Shown: in pieces, positions 16,442 to 26,241 of the stretch
Layout of the letters: each line of letters starts with the position of its first letter
Numbering within the stretch: position 1 is the stretch's first letter
Assembly: GCA_014379045.1 (NCBI GenBank)
Contig: JACMMK010000197.1
Span: forward strand, 1 to 34,615
Reading direction: 5' to 3'
DNA: 34,615 nt
From: Burkholderiales bacterium
GTDB taxonomy: Bacteria; Pseudomonadota; Gammaproteobacteria; Burkholderiales; CAIKXV01
Notes under the pieces: model-generated
Database searches by the model: none
What the model saw: only the letters and a program-made list of their open reading frames with translations
Told to the model about the DNA's origin: nothing
Position numbers and translations under genes: made by a program

Positions 16442-17422
16442 ATGAACAGCAACGTGGTCATCACTGCAGGGTGCGTACTCGCCGCAATTGCTGCGAGCGG
16501 GTCACTGTTCGCGCAAAGTGCGAAGAGCGACTATCCGAACAGACAGATCCGGATGATCGTGCCGTTTCCGCCCGCGGGGACGTCCGACATCATCGCGCGC
16601 ATCGTCGGGCAGAAGCTGTCCGAAGCGTGGGGACAATCGGTACTTCCCGACAGTCGTCCGGGCGCTGGCGGCAGCCTCGGCACGGAAATCGCAGCGAAGA
16701 CCGCGCCTGACGGCTATACGCTTCTGGTCGGCAACGCGGCGCCGATCTCGACCAATCCGCTGCTGGTCAAGGTGCAATACGACACGCTGCGCGATTTCGC
16801 CGCGATCTCGCTGGTGGCGCGTGCGCCGCAGTTGATCGTCGTGCATCCATCGGTTCCGGTGAAGACCTTCCCGGAGCTGATCGCCTATGCCAAGGCGAAC
16901 GGGAGCAAGGTCAACTATGGCTCGTCAGGCGTCGGCACCATAGCGCACCTCACCGCCGAGATGTTCAAGAGCATGACAGGCAGCGAAATGGTGCACATCA
17001 CTTACAAGGGCATGCCGCTCACCATAAATGATCTGGTCGCGGGCACGCTGCAGGTCGTGTTCTCCGACATGGCACCCGCGCTCTCGCAGGTGAAGGCAGG
17101 AAAACTGCGGCCGATCGCCACCACGGGGGCACGCGTCACGCCGCTGATGCCTGATGTTCCGACGGCGAACGAGGTATTGCCGGGGTTCGAGATCGTCAAC
17201 TGGTGGGGACTGTTCGCCCCCGCTAACACCCCCAAGGAGATCGTTGCCCGGCTCAATACCGAAGTGGTGCGAACCATGCAGATGTCCGACGTGCGCGAGA
17301 AGTTCGCGACGCTCGGCGTGGAAGCGGTCAGCACGACTCCCGGAGAATTGACCGCGATGGTGAAGTCGGAGATCGCCGCGTTCAGCCGGCTGATCAAGTC
17401 GGCGAACATCCGGGCGGAGTGA
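16442..17422 (+). CDS. Bug-family (TctC-like) substrate-binding protein
   Basis: Signal peptide, then YPNRQIRMIVPFPPAGTSD, SRPGAGG and PDGYTLL. ATG 16442 follows GGAGGAG. Confidence 0.9.
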   Translation: MNSNVVITAGCVLAAIAASGSLFAQSAKSDYPNRQIRMIVPFPPAGTSDIIARIVGQKLSEAWGQSVLPDSRPGAGGSLGTEIAAKTAPDGYTLLVGNAAPISTNPLLVKVQYDTLRDFAAISLVARAPQLIVVHPSVPVKTFPELIAYAKANGSKVNYGSSGVGTIAHLTAEMFKSMTGSEMVHITYKGMPLTINDLVAGTLQVVFSDMAPALSQVKAGKLRPIATTGARVTPLMPDVPTANEVLPGFEIVNWWGLFAPANTPKEIVARLNTEVVRTMQMSDVREKFATLGVEAVSTTPGELTAMVKSEIAAFSRLIKSANIRAE

Positions 17423-17423
17423 C

Positions 17424-18404
17424 GTGGAAGTCTCGAACGTGAGGCCGGATGCGCCGGTGACGCGAGGGCCGTCCCGGGTCGGGATGATCGGGTTGGGCAG
17501 AATGGGCGCGGCGATCGCATCGCGCCTGATCGATCGCGGTCATCCATTGCTGCTGCATGATGTGCGCGCCGAAGCAATGGTGCCGCTCGTCGCCCGCGGC
17601 GCATGCGCTGTCGGCTCGGCGGCCGAGGCCATGGACGTGGACGTCCTGATCACGATGGTACCGGACGATCGCGCGGTCGCCGCCGTGTGGCTCGATTCCG
17701 ACCTGGTGCGCCGGTTGCCCTCGGCGACCGTTCATGTCTGCATGGCGTCGATCAGCTATGAGATGGGGAACACGCTGGCCGAGGTACATGCGCAGGCGAC
17801 GCGTCGTTACGTCGCAGCCCCGCTGTTCGGACGTCCGTTCCTTGCAGAACGTGGTGAACTCGACGTGATCGCAGCCGGCGATGCAGACGCGATCGCATCG
17901 TGCCGCCCGGTACTGGACTCGATCGGGCGCCGGGTGTTCGAAGTCGGTTCGATTCCGGCGCATGCGAACCTGGTGAAGATCGCCCGCAACTTCCTGGTGG
18001 CGAACGTGATCGAGAGTCTTGGCGAGGCGTTCGGTCTATGCGCGAAGGGCGGACTCGACAAGGCGCGTTTCCTGGAGGTGCTCCTCGACACCTCGCTTGC
18101 TGCTCCGGCTTACCGATACTACGGCGAGTACTGCGTGGCGCGTTCCAGGGAAACGCTGTTGCCCATGCGTCTCGGACTGAAGGACGTCGAACTGGCGGTC
18201 GTGGCGGCCGAGGCACTCGACGCACATTTGCCCACCGCGGCGCTGATTGCCGAGCAGATGCGCGCGGCGATCAGCGAGGGTTGGGGAGACCGCGATTGGG
18301 CAGCGCTCGCAGAGTGGGTCGGTGAGCGTTCTGCCCGATCATCCGATCACGCTGCAGTGCCGAAGCACCCGTTGCCCATTGGTGCAAGAGATCCTTTCAG
18401 ATGA
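17424..18404 (+). CDS. NAD(P)-dependent oxidoreductase, 3-hydroxyisobutyrate/6-phosphogluconate dehydrogenase (HIBADH) family
   Basis: VGMIGLGRMGAAIASRLIDRGH Rossmann motif and a later ANLVKIARNF helix. The start is uncertain: GTG 17424 lies 2 nt after the upstream stop, and GTG 17457 is an alternative. Confidence 0.75.
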   Translation: MEVSNVRPDAPVTRGPSRVGMIGLGRMGAAIASRLIDRGHPLLLHDVRAEAMVPLVARGACAVGSAAEAMDVDVLITMVPDDRAVAAVWLDSDLVRRLPSATVHVCMASISYEMGNTLAEVHAQATRRYVAAPLFGRPFLAERGELDVIAAGDADAIASCRPVLDSIGRRVFEVGSIPAHANLVKIARNFLVANVIESLGEAFGLCAKGGLDKARFLEVLLDTSLAAPAYRYYGEYCVARSRETLLPMRLGLKDVELAVVAAEALDAHLPTAALIAEQMRAAISEGWGDRDWAALAEWVGERSARSSDHAAVPKHPLPIGARDPFR

Positions 18405-19858
18405 ACGTCGCCCGGTCGTCCCCTGACTTGCTCGCCCGCCTGCGCGACGTCTTGGGCCCGGCGCACGTATTGACCGACGCGGATGCGATGGCACCCGCGC
18501 TGACGGACTGGCGCGGCTTCTACCACGGCCTGGCCGCGGCGGTGGTGCGACCCTCGACCACCGCCGAGGTCGCTGCAATCGTCGAACTCTGTGCACGTCT
18601 GCGCACCCCGGTGGTTGCACAGGGGGGCAATACCGGCATGTGCGGTGGCGCCACGCCCGACGGGTCGGGCCGTTCGGTCGTGCTCTCGCTCGCACGGATG
18701 AACCGGGTGATAGAGGTCGACGCGCTCAACGACACGATGACTGTCGAGGCAGGCTGCGTTCTCGCGGCGATCCGCGAGCGCGCGGCCGATGCGGATCGGT
18801 TGTTTCCGCTGTCGCTGGGCGCCGAGGGAAGCTGCCAGATCGGGGGAAATCTGGCGACCAACGCCGGCGGCATCAACGTGCTGCGCTATGGCAATACCCG
18901 GGACCTCACGCTCGGTCTCGAAGTCGTGCTCGCAGATGGCCGGGTCTTGAACCAGTTACGCGGATTGCGCAAGGACAACACGGGCTACGACCTGAAGCAG
19001 TTGTTCATCGGCTCCGAGGGGACGCTCGGCATCATCACCGGTGCAGTGCTGAAGCTGTTTCCGCTGCCGCGCACGTCGGTAACCGCGTGGGTCGCGGTGC
19101 CCGATGCTGCGGCGGCCATCGCGATGATGTCCGCTCTGCGCACGGCGTTGGGCGGCCGGCTGAGCGCGTTCGAACTGATTTCGCGTCGGTGTCTCGAACT
19201 GGTGCTGCGGCATATTCCGGGCACCCGCGATCCCCTGTCCGGGCCGTCGCCCTGGTATGTATTGACCGACGTCGAAGACAGCGCAAGCGACGCGCCGTTG
19301 CGCGAACCGCTCGAGCAGGCGCTCGCAACCGCGCTCGAGTCCGGGCGCGCCACCGATGCGGCGATTGCCGGCAGCAACGCCCAGGCGCGCGCGCTCTGGC
19401 GGATTCGTGAGTCGATCCCGGATGCGTCGAAGGACGAGGGACTGCTCTATCGCCATGACATCTCGGTGCCGATCAGCGCGATCCCGGCGTTCATCGACGA
19501 AGCAGGCGCGATGCTGGAGTCGCGCTACCCCGGCGTACGTATCGTCTGCTTCGGCCACGTCGGTGACGGCAACCTGCACTACAACTGCTACATACCCGGG
19601 CGCGAGCGCGGCGACCCGGTCGCGGTGAAGGCGGTCGACGTCAACGAGGCGGTGTACGACCTCGTCCATCGACGGGGTGGGTCGATCAGCGCCGAGCACG
19701 GGGTAGGCCAATCGAAGTACGACGAGCTGCCGCGCTACAAGGACGTCGTCGAAATGGATCTGATGCGCGCAATCAAGCAGGCGCTCGATCCGCACGGGAT
19801 CATGAACCCGGGCAAGGTCGTGCAACCGGGCGCGACGCGCGCGCCGACGCCGCCGTGA
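18401..19858 (+). CDS. FAD-linked oxidase (GlcD / D-2-hydroxyacid dehydrogenase-like)
   Basis: VVRPSTTAEVAAIVELC, VVAQGGNTGMCGGATP, C-terminal ISAEHGVGQSK...LDPHGIMNPGKV. ATGA overlap with the upstream gene. Confidence 0.85.
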   Translation: MNVARSSPDLLARLRDVLGPAHVLTDADAMAPALTDWRGFYHGLAAAVVRPSTTAEVAAIVELCARLRTPVVAQGGNTGMCGGATPDGSGRSVVLSLARMNRVIEVDALNDTMTVEAGCVLAAIRERAADADRLFPLSLGAEGSCQIGGNLATNAGGINVLRYGNTRDLTLGLEVVLADGRVLNQLRGLRKDNTGYDLKQLFIGSEGTLGIITGAVLKLFPLPRTSVTAWVAVPDAAAAIAMMSALRTALGGRLSAFELISRRCLELVLRHIPGTRDPLSGPSPWYVLTDVEDSASDAPLREPLEQALATALESGRATDAAIAGSNAQARALWRIRESIPDASKDEGLLYRHDISVPISAIPAFIDEAGAMLESRYPGVRIVCFGHVGDGNLHYNCYIPGRERGDPVAVKAVDVNEAVYDLVHRRGGSISAEHGVGQSKYDELPRYKDVVEMDLMRAIKQALDPHGIMNPGKVVQPGATRAPTPP

Positions 19859-20970
19859 ATGCGCGCGCGCACGCTTATCCGGTCACCGTCGCGCTGATCG
19901 GCACCGGTGCCTGGGGACTCGTCCTCGCCAAGGCGATTGCCGCATCGTCGAAGATCAGGATCGCCTGCTGCGTCGGGCGGGATGCCGAGCGCCGCGCGCG
20001 CTTCGTGGAACAGACCGGCCTGCCGGCCGCGGTCGACTACGAAGCAGTGCTCGCGGACCCCGCGATCGATGGCGTCCTGCTGACGCTTCCAAACGAGATG
20101 CATCTCGCATTCGCGGCGCAGGCGGCGCGGGCCGGAAAGCATGTCTACCTCGAGAAGCCGGTCGCCAATACCCTGGACGACGGACTGCGCGTGGCAGCGC
20201 TCGAGAGCAGGTACGGCGTGCGTGTGGCGGTCGGGCACTGCGCCCGCTTCCTTACCGGCACGCGGCTGCTCCGCGCGTTGATCGACGACGGCCGCTTCGG
20301 CCAGGTCAACATGATCGAAGCCTGGTTCTGCAACGATCGGGGGCTGCGCCTGACGCCCGACGACTGGCGCTGGTACAGCGATCGAGCGCCAGGGGGATGC
20401 CTGAGTCAGATCGCGATCCACCAGTTCGATACGCTGCGCTATCTCGGGGGCGAGCTGCTGTCGATCAGCGCGACCTCGGCGCATCGCTCGCCGTTGCCCG
20501 CCGAAGTCGAGGACCAGTGGTTCGCGACGGTGAGATTCGTCGACGGGAAGCTGGGGTCGGTCATCGCCAGCTGGACTAGTCCAGGCGCCTACGGCGTGCG
20601 CGTCACCGGCGAACGGGCCTGCGCGACCTACGAGATCGATCAAGCACGCTGGGGAGCGCCCGGAGAACTTCATCGCGGTGCCCGGCTGGAGATCCAGGAA
20701 CGCTCGCAGGCGTCGCCGTCCCGGCAGTCGATTACGGTACCCGCCGGTGACATGTTCCGGGACGAACTCGAGCAATTTGCCGAGGGGATCGTCGAACGAC
20801 AGTCGATCGAGATCTCGGGCGACAACGGCGTGCAAGCGCTCGCCGCGGTCTACGCCGCTCTCGCGTCTGCGCGTCACGACGGCCGCGCGCACGCCATCGC
20901 CGAAATCATCCGCGCGGCGGGTGGCAGCGTACAGGATCGAAACCGAACGATCGAGGAAACCGCTCAATGA
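19855..20970 (+). CDS. Gfo/Idh/MocA-family NAD(P) oxidoreductase
   Basis: VALIGTGAWG, VLLTLPNEMHLAFAAQAARAGKHVYLEKP. GTGA overlap with the upstream gene. Confidence 0.85.
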   Translation: MNARAHAYPVTVALIGTGAWGLVLAKAIAASSKIRIACCVGRDAERRARFVEQTGLPAAVDYEAVLADPAIDGVLLTLPNEMHLAFAAQAARAGKHVYLEKPVANTLDDGLRVAALESRYGVRVAVGHCARFLTGTRLLRALIDDGRFGQVNMIEAWFCNDRGLRLTPDDWRWYSDRAPGGCLSQIAIHQFDTLRYLGGELLSISATSAHRSPLPAEVEDQWFATVRFVDGKLGSVIASWTSPGAYGVRVTGERACATYEIDQARWGAPGELHRGARLEIQERSQASPSRQSITVPAGDMFRDELEQFAEGIVERQSIEISGDNGVQALAAVYAALASARHDGRAHAIAEIIRAAGGSVQDRNRTIEETAQ

Positions 20971-22151
20971 ACGATCTCTCCAAAGAAACGCCGAAAGCCG
21001 TGAACAAGGCGCGAGCCGCCGACGGGCGCGCGCTCGAATCCTCGCCGCTGCGCATCGTCCGGGTCGACGCAATTCCGGTTGCATTGCCACTGAAGAAGGC
21101 GGTTGTCATGGCGGGCGAGCGTATCGAGCGTTCGATGAACCTGCTGGTGCGAGTGGAGGCCGGCAATGGCCTGGTAGGTTGGGGCGAAGCGAGTTCGGCT
21201 CCGGTGATGACCGGCGATCTGTTGCCCGGGATGGTTGCGGCGGTCGACCAACGGCTCGCACCCCTGTTGCTCGGCGAAGACGCACTGCGCCGCGCAGCGC
21301 TGATCCGGCGCTTCGATGCGGCATTGGTCGGCAATACCGGCGCCAAGTGCGCCGTGGACATGGCGCTCGCCGACCTGGTCGGCCGGCATCTGGGGGTGTC
21401 GGTCGCCGAACTGTTCGGCGGGCCGGTGCGCGAAGAACTGGTGCCGATGTATCTGCTGGGTAACCCAAAAGTCGAGGACGACATCGCAGAAGCCGAACGC
21501 GAGCTCGCCGCTGGATGGCGCGTGTTCAAACTAAAGGTCGGCTTCAAGGCCCCGCTCGAGGAGGCGGCCGCCGCGCTCGAAGTCAGGCGCTGCCTGGGCG
21601 ACGATGTCGTGCTGTGCGCGGATGCGAATGCGGGCATGACGTTCGCCAACGCGCGCCTGTTCGCCGAACGCGCGCTGGACGCCCGTCTGCTGTTCCTCGA
21701 GCAGCCGCTGGGTAGCCAGGATTTCGATGGCATGGCTGCGCTGGCGAAGGTCTGCGCGATCCCGCTCAACGGCGACGAGTCGATCGCCGGCGTGCGCGAC
21801 ATCCAGACGCTGCATCGCATGGGTGCGATTCAGGGGGCCAACATCAAGACCATCAAGATGGGGGGGATGGGTCCGGCCGTCGATGCGATGACGATCTGTT
21901 CCGCGCTCGGCCTTCACATCAACCTCGCCTGCAAGGTCGCCGAATCGAGCATCGCCGCGGCCGCCATCGCGCACCTCGGCAGTGTGGCGCCCAATCTGGA
22001 TTGGGGTCTCAACGTGACTCAACATTACCTGGCCGAAGACCTCTGCGAGAACGCGTTGCAGATCGAGAACGGCCTGCTGGGTCGACCGCTTGGACCCGGG
22101 CTGGGCGTTATGGTGAGCGAGGAGCGGGTGGCGCGATTTCGCATTCCTTAG
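20967..22151 (+). CDS. enolase-superfamily enzyme, muconate-lactonizing-enzyme (MLE) subgroup (racemase/epimerase/cycloisomerase type)
   Basis: GWGEAS, KxK motif FKLKVG, metal-ligand contexts ADANAG / LEQP / GDES, second catalytic Lys context NIKTIKMGG. ATGA overlap with the upstream gene. Confidence 0.85.
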   Translation: MNDLSKETPKAVNKARAADGRALESSPLRIVRVDAIPVALPLKKAVVMAGERIERSMNLLVRVEAGNGLVGWGEASSAPVMTGDLLPGMVAAVDQRLAPLLLGEDALRRAALIRRFDAALVGNTGAKCAVDMALADLVGRHLGVSVAELFGGPVREELVPMYLLGNPKVEDDIAEAERELAAGWRVFKLKVGFKAPLEEAAAALEVRRCLGDDVVLCADANAGMTFANARLFAERALDARLLFLEQPLGSQDFDGMAALAKVCAIPLNGDESIAGVRDIQTLHRMGAIQGANIKTIKMGGMGPAVDAMTICSALGLHINLACKVAESSIAAAAIAHLGSVAPNLDWGLNVTQHYLAEDLCENALQIENGLLGRPLGPGLGVMVSEERVARFRIP

Positions 22152-22182
22152 GTCCGTTCGACATTCAATGGGAGGTTCCGAC

Positions 22183-23136
22183 ATGGCCACCACACTCAGC
22201 CAACGTTCCGTCATTCGCGGCAGGATCGGCGACCTCGAGATCGTGCCCTTCGAAGGTGCCATGGGTGCGGAGATCAAGGGCCTGGACCTGAAGTCGGTCG
22301 ACGATGTTGCCTTCGGTACCCTCTACCGCGCCTACCTCGATCACTTGCTCGTCGTTGTTCGTGGGCAGGTGATGAGCGACGAAGATCAAGTGGCACTGTC
22401 ACGGCGCTTCGGACCGCTCGAGCTTCCACCTGCCGCAAGCGAACGCTCGTCGCATCAGAAGTTCGACGGACCGCCGGAGGTGACCGTCGTCTCCAACATC
22501 AAGGTCGATGGCGTTCCGGTCGGGGAGCTCGGCGATGGAGAAGTGATCTGGCACAGCGACTTTTCGTTTCGCGAGGTGATCGCCGGCATGCGCATGCTGC
22601 GCGCGGTGGAATTGCCCCCCGCCGGCGCCGGCGCCAATACTCGTTTCTGCAGCGGTTATGCGGGGTATGACGCGTTGCCGTCGCACCTGAAGGACGTCGT
22701 CCACGGCCGCACGATCAAGCACGACACGGCCTACGACACGAACCGGAACCTTCGTCGCGGCGCGCAGGATGTCACCGACGTGAGGCGTTCAGTCGGCCCC
22801 ACCCATCCCATCGTCAGCACCCATCCCGAGACGGGGTGCAACAGCCTGTTTCTCGGGCGTCGGCTGAAGCACTACGTGAGCGATTTCCCGATCGAGGAGT
22901 CCGAGGCGCTGTTGGATGAACTCTGGGCGCATATGCTCCGAGATGAGCACATCGTTGAACACGAGTGGCGCGCCGGGGATGTCGTTATCTGGGACAACCG
23001 CTGCAGCGTGCATCAGCGGGGGCCCTTCGATGCGTCGACGCGGCGCGAGTTGCACGCGACACAAGTGAGGGGGCACACGCCTTCGGAAGCGGTGGATTCG
23101 CGCGCGCGCCCGCCACACCCGCGGGCAGGTATCTAG
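22183..23136 (+). CDS. TauD/TfdA-family Fe(II)/2-oxoglutarate dioxygenase
   Basis: WHSDFSF (HxD), IWDNRCSVHQR (distal His), RRELHATQV. ATG 22183 follows GGGAGG. The track start at 22168 is 5 codons upstream. Confidence 0.85.
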   Translation: MATTLSQRSVIRGRIGDLEIVPFEGAMGAEIKGLDLKSVDDVAFGTLYRAYLDHLLVVVRGQVMSDEDQVALSRRFGPLELPPAASERSSHQKFDGPPEVTVVSNIKVDGVPVGELGDGEVIWHSDFSFREVIAGMRMLRAVELPPAGAGANTRFCSGYAGYDALPSHLKDVVHGRTIKHDTAYDTNRNLRRGAQDVTDVRRSVGPTHPIVSTHPETGCNSLFLGRRLKHYVSDFPIEESEALLDELWAHMLRDEHIVEHEWRAGDVVIWDNRCSVHQRGPFDASTRRELHATQVRGHTPSEAVDSRARPPHPRAGI

Positions 23137-24038
23137 GCCGCCGCAGCTTTGACCGCCGTGTTCCGACCGTACGCCTGCTTGATAAGCGCTGCGGCCACAC
23201 GCGCCGCCGCCGATCTATAGCCCTCGCTGCGCCACAGGATCGCCGCGGTGCGAATAAGCCGAGGCCGCAGCGGAATGCAGCGCAGGTCCGGCATGATCGA
23301 GGCCATGCGTCGGGTCTGGATCGTCGCGAGCGCACTGCACTTCACCGTGGCGAGTATCGCGTCAGTCGAGTCGATTTCCATGCGAATTCGAGCTTCGTAC
23401 CCGGCTTCGGAGAACCACTGCGTGAGCAGGGTGCGCGACGGGAATTCAGAGGTCAGCAAGACGAGGGGTTGATCGTGCAACTGTTTCGCGGTGACGGCAC
23501 GCAGCCCTGCAAGTGGGTGTTGCGCGCCGACGACCAGCGTCATCGCCTCATCGAACAGTTCTTCGGTCGCGATCTTCGCCGCGACCGCGCGTACATAAGC
23601 GATACCCAGGTCGAGCTCGCCCTTGACGAGCCGCTCCTCCATCTCGCCCGTGGGCAGCTGCCGGACCGTGACATGGATGCCCGGATAAGCGGCAGAAAAG
23701 CTCGCGAGGATCGGCGGCAGCAACGAGCTGTTGAACGACTGGAACACGCCGATCGTCAGCGTCCCGTGCATCAAGCCTTCGAGTTCGCCGAGCGCGGCGC
23801 TTGCCGAACTGATCTCCTTGAGTGCTCGTTCTGCATGCTGCCTGAATAGCGTGCCCCCCGCGGTCAACCGAACGCTTCTACCGACGCGGTCGAACAACAC
23901 GGTGCCCAGCCCCTGCTCTAGCTGCTTGATCTGCTGCGACAGCGTCGGCTGCGTCAGATGAAGCGTGGCTGCGGCTCGGGTGAAGCTGAGGCTGTCGGCG
24001 ACGGCGAGGAAATAGCGCAGGTGTCGCAACTCCATCAT
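23133..24038 (-). CDS. LysR-family transcriptional regulator, divergent from the TRAP operon
   Basis: MMELRHLRYFLAVADSLSFTRAAATLHLTQPTLSQQIKQLEQGLG. Its stop overlaps the convergent TauD stop within CTAG (23133-23136). Confidence 0.9.
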   Translation of the reverse strand: MMELRHLRYFLAVADSLSFTRAAATLHLTQPTLSQQIKQLEQGLGTVLFDRVGRSVRLTAGGTLFRQHAERALKEISSASAALGELEGLMHGTLTIGVFQSFNSSLLPPILASFSAAYPGIHVTVRQLPTGEMEERLVKGELDLGIAYVRAVAAKIATEELFDEAMTLVVGAQHPLAGLRAVTAKQLHDQPLVLLTSEFPSRTLLTQWFSEAGYEARIRMEIDSTDAILATVKCSALATIQTRRMASIMPDLRCIPLRPRLIRTAAILWRSEGYRSAAARVAAALIKQAYGRNTAVKAAAA

Positions 24039-24074
24039 GGCGCTTTCGAATAGATGGGGCCGATGAGTTTAATA

Positions 24075-24093
24075 AGAACAAAGACATTGTTCT
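24075..24093. promoter_or_regulatory. LTTR-box-like dyad AGAACAA-agaca-TTGTTCT in the divergent intergenic region
   Basis: A perfect 7-bp inverted repeat read directly, 37 nt upstream of the LysR ATG. This is the lowest-GC stretch I noticed in the window. Confidence 0.45.
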
Positions 24094-24114
24094 ATGCGTA
24101 TGCATGGTTATACA
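24087..24114 (+). promoter_or_regulatory. candidate sigma-70 promoter TTGTTC-N16-TATACA for the TRAP operon, with the -35 element overlapping the dyad
   Basis: Hexamers and spacing read directly. No experimental support. Confidence 0.3.
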
Positions 24115-24270
24115 GTCTGTTAGAGATCGGGTTAGGTGATGTGACAGGCCGCCCGCGCTCGTGGTCGACAGTCGTGTTCGATTGTCGTGCTGCGCACAGT
24201 CGTACCGAATCACTCGACGCGAACGAAGACGTCGAGGGCGCGGCGCGATTCATCGGAGGAGCCGTTCGGT

Positions 24271-26241
24271 ATGCAGCCAGCCTTGCCTGATGTGGGGCGG
24301 GATGCCGACTTGCCTGAGCCTGCCCGCGGTGGCGGGCCGGGGAACGACGCGCCCGTCGCGCTGCTCGAAGAGAGCGAAAGCGCCGCGCGTCGATTGACCG
24401 GGGGCTGGGCCCGGCTGGTATCGGTGCTTGCGATAGGCACCACGCTCTTGCACATCTTCGCGCTCACGCTGGTGCCGATAGACCCCTGGTTGTTCCTCGG
24501 CTTCAGTTTCGGTGCGTTCTGCGTCCTCGGCTTCCTGCTCTTCCCCGCGAGCCCATCGGGTCGGCGATCGGTACAGCCAACGGACATCGCCCTTTGTCTC
24601 GCCAGCCTCGGGTTTGTTGCCTACCTCGGCATCAACTACGACCAGATGTACGACCGGGTGGGCTTCGAGCCTTCGACCTGGGATACGGTCTGGGGAACAA
24701 CGGCCGTCCTGCTTGCGCTCGAACTGTCTCGACGCGTACTAGGCTGGTTCTTCCCCATTCTCGGCGCGCTGTGCATCGGCTACGCACTGTTCGGCGGCGG
24801 TCTTCCCGGAATCTGGGGCCATCGCGGCTACGAGTTCGATCGTACGATGAGCACGCTGTTCAGCACCGAAGGTCTGTTCGGTTTCGCGCTCTCTGCGGCG
24901 GCGACCTACATCGTCCTGTTCGTCACGTTCGGCGCGTTTCTGCGGGCGACCGGAGTCGGCGCCGTTTTCATCGATCTCGCCACGGCGATCGCCGGGCGCG
25001 CGCGCGGGGGGCCGGCGAAGGTCGCCGTGATCGCGAGTGCACTGTTCGGCACCATCTCGGGCAGTTCGATGGGCAATGTGGCGACCGTCGGCACGCTGAC
25101 GATCCCGCTGATGAAGCGCACCGGTTATACGCCGGCGTTCGCGGGCGCGGTCGAGGCCGCGGCGTCGACCGGGGGGCAGTTGATGCCGCCGATCATGGGT
25201 TCGGTGGCCTTCGTGCTCGCCGAGGCCACGATGACGCCGTATCGCGATGTGATGCTGGCCGCGTTGATACCCGCCATCTGCTATTTCGCAACGGTCTATT
25301 TCGTGATCGATTTCGAGGCGGTCAAACTCGGCCTGCGCGGAACCGCGCCTGAAGACACCCCGAGAGCGCGCACGGTGTTGCGCGATGGCTGGCTGCTGCT
25401 GCTGCCGGTCGCCGTTCTAGTCGCGATGATCGTGGTCGCGCACCGCAGCGTCGTCCAGGGCGCGCTCGCGAGCATTGCGGTCGCGCTCGTCGTCGACTGG
25501 ATCCGGCGGCGAAGGTTCATGCCCGTGGCCGACATCCTGAGGTCGTTGCGTGAGGGCGCGGTGGGGTCGATCGAGGCAGTGGCGGCCTGCGGGTGTGCCG
25601 GCATTCTGGTCGGTGTGTTCGGGTTGACCGGCGTCGGCAACCGCTTCGTCGACCTGGTCCTGGCCTATGGTCAGAATCAACTCGAAGTCGCGCTCGTGTT
25701 GACGATGCTGGTGACGATCCTGCTCGGCTTTCCGCTACCGACGGTCGCCGCGTACATCATCACCGCTGCCGTCGGCGCGCCGGTCCTCGTGCAGCTGGGC
25801 GTGCCGCAATTGACCGCCCATCTGTTCATCATGTATTTCGCCTGCGTGTCGACGCTCACGCCGCCGGTGGCGTTGGCTGCGTTCACGGCTGCGAGCATCG
25901 CGGGTGCCGACCCGAACAAGACGAGCTGGATCGCCACACGCCTGAGCGTGGCTGCCTACATCGTGCCGTTCGTGTTCATCTACAACCCGGCGATCCTGTG
26001 GTCCGGGCCCTGGTACGACATCCTGCGTGCCTTCGTTCTGTGTCTGCTCGCGGGATATGCGTTTGCCGGCGCGACCAACAGCCATCGCCATGTACTGGCC
26101 CGGCTGCTGATGTTCGTCGCGGCGGTCTGTGTGTTGGCACCCGCGCTATGGATCAATGCCGCGGGAGTGGCGCTTCTCGCGACCGTACTTCTGGTCGGAC
26201 GCGGACCACCGCGTCCGACCTTCACAGGGAGGCAGGCATGA
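24271..26241 (+). CDS. TRAP transporter fused permease (TAXI-type, 4TM/12TM fusion)
   Basis: 656 aa and highly hydrophobic. RRLTGGWARLVSVLAIGTTLLHIF is the N-terminal signature of fused TRAP permeases. ATG 24271 follows GGAGGAG. A TAXI receptor gene lies immediately downstream. Confidence 0.85.
   Translation: MQPALPDVGRDADLPEPARGGGPGNDAPVALLEESESAARRLTGGWARLVSVLAIGTTLLHIFALTLVPIDPWLFLGFSFGAFCVLGFLLFPASPSGRRSVQPTDIALCLASLGFVAYLGINYDQMYDRVGFEPSTWDTVWGTTAVLLALELSRRVLGWFFPILGALCIGYALFGGGLPGIWGHRGYEFDRTMSTLFSTEGLFGFALSAAATYIVLFVTFGAFLRATGVGAVFIDLATAIAGRARGGPAKVAVIASALFGTISGSSMGNVATVGTLTIPLMKRTGYTPAFAGAVEAAASTGGQLMPPIMGSVAFVLAEATMTPYRDVMLAALIPAICYFATVYFVIDFEAVKLGLRGTAPEDTPRARTVLRDGWLLLLPVAVLVAMIVVAHRSVVQGALASIAVALVVDWIRRRRFMPVADILRSLREGAVGSIEAVAACGCAGILVGVFGLTGVGNRFVDLVLAYGQNQLEVALVLTMLVTILLGFPLPTVAAYIITAAVGAPVLVQLGVPQLTAHLFIMYFACVSTLTPPVALAAFTAASIAGADPNKTSWIATRLSVAAYIVPFVFIYNPAILWSGPWYDILRAFVLCLLAGYAFAGATNSHRHVLARLLMFVAAVCVLAPALWINAAGVALLATVLLVGRGPPRPTFTGRQA

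Noticed and set aside
19735-21820. 451-aa and 304-aa minus-strand ORFs
   Set aside because: They lie antisense to the Gfo/Idh/MocA and enolase-superfamily genes.
25593-26237. N-terminal 215 residues of the 553-aa track ORF
   Set aside because: This is an out-of-frame read through the TRAP permease gene. The TAXI receptor starts at ATG 26238, with a signal peptide and an ATGA overlap.
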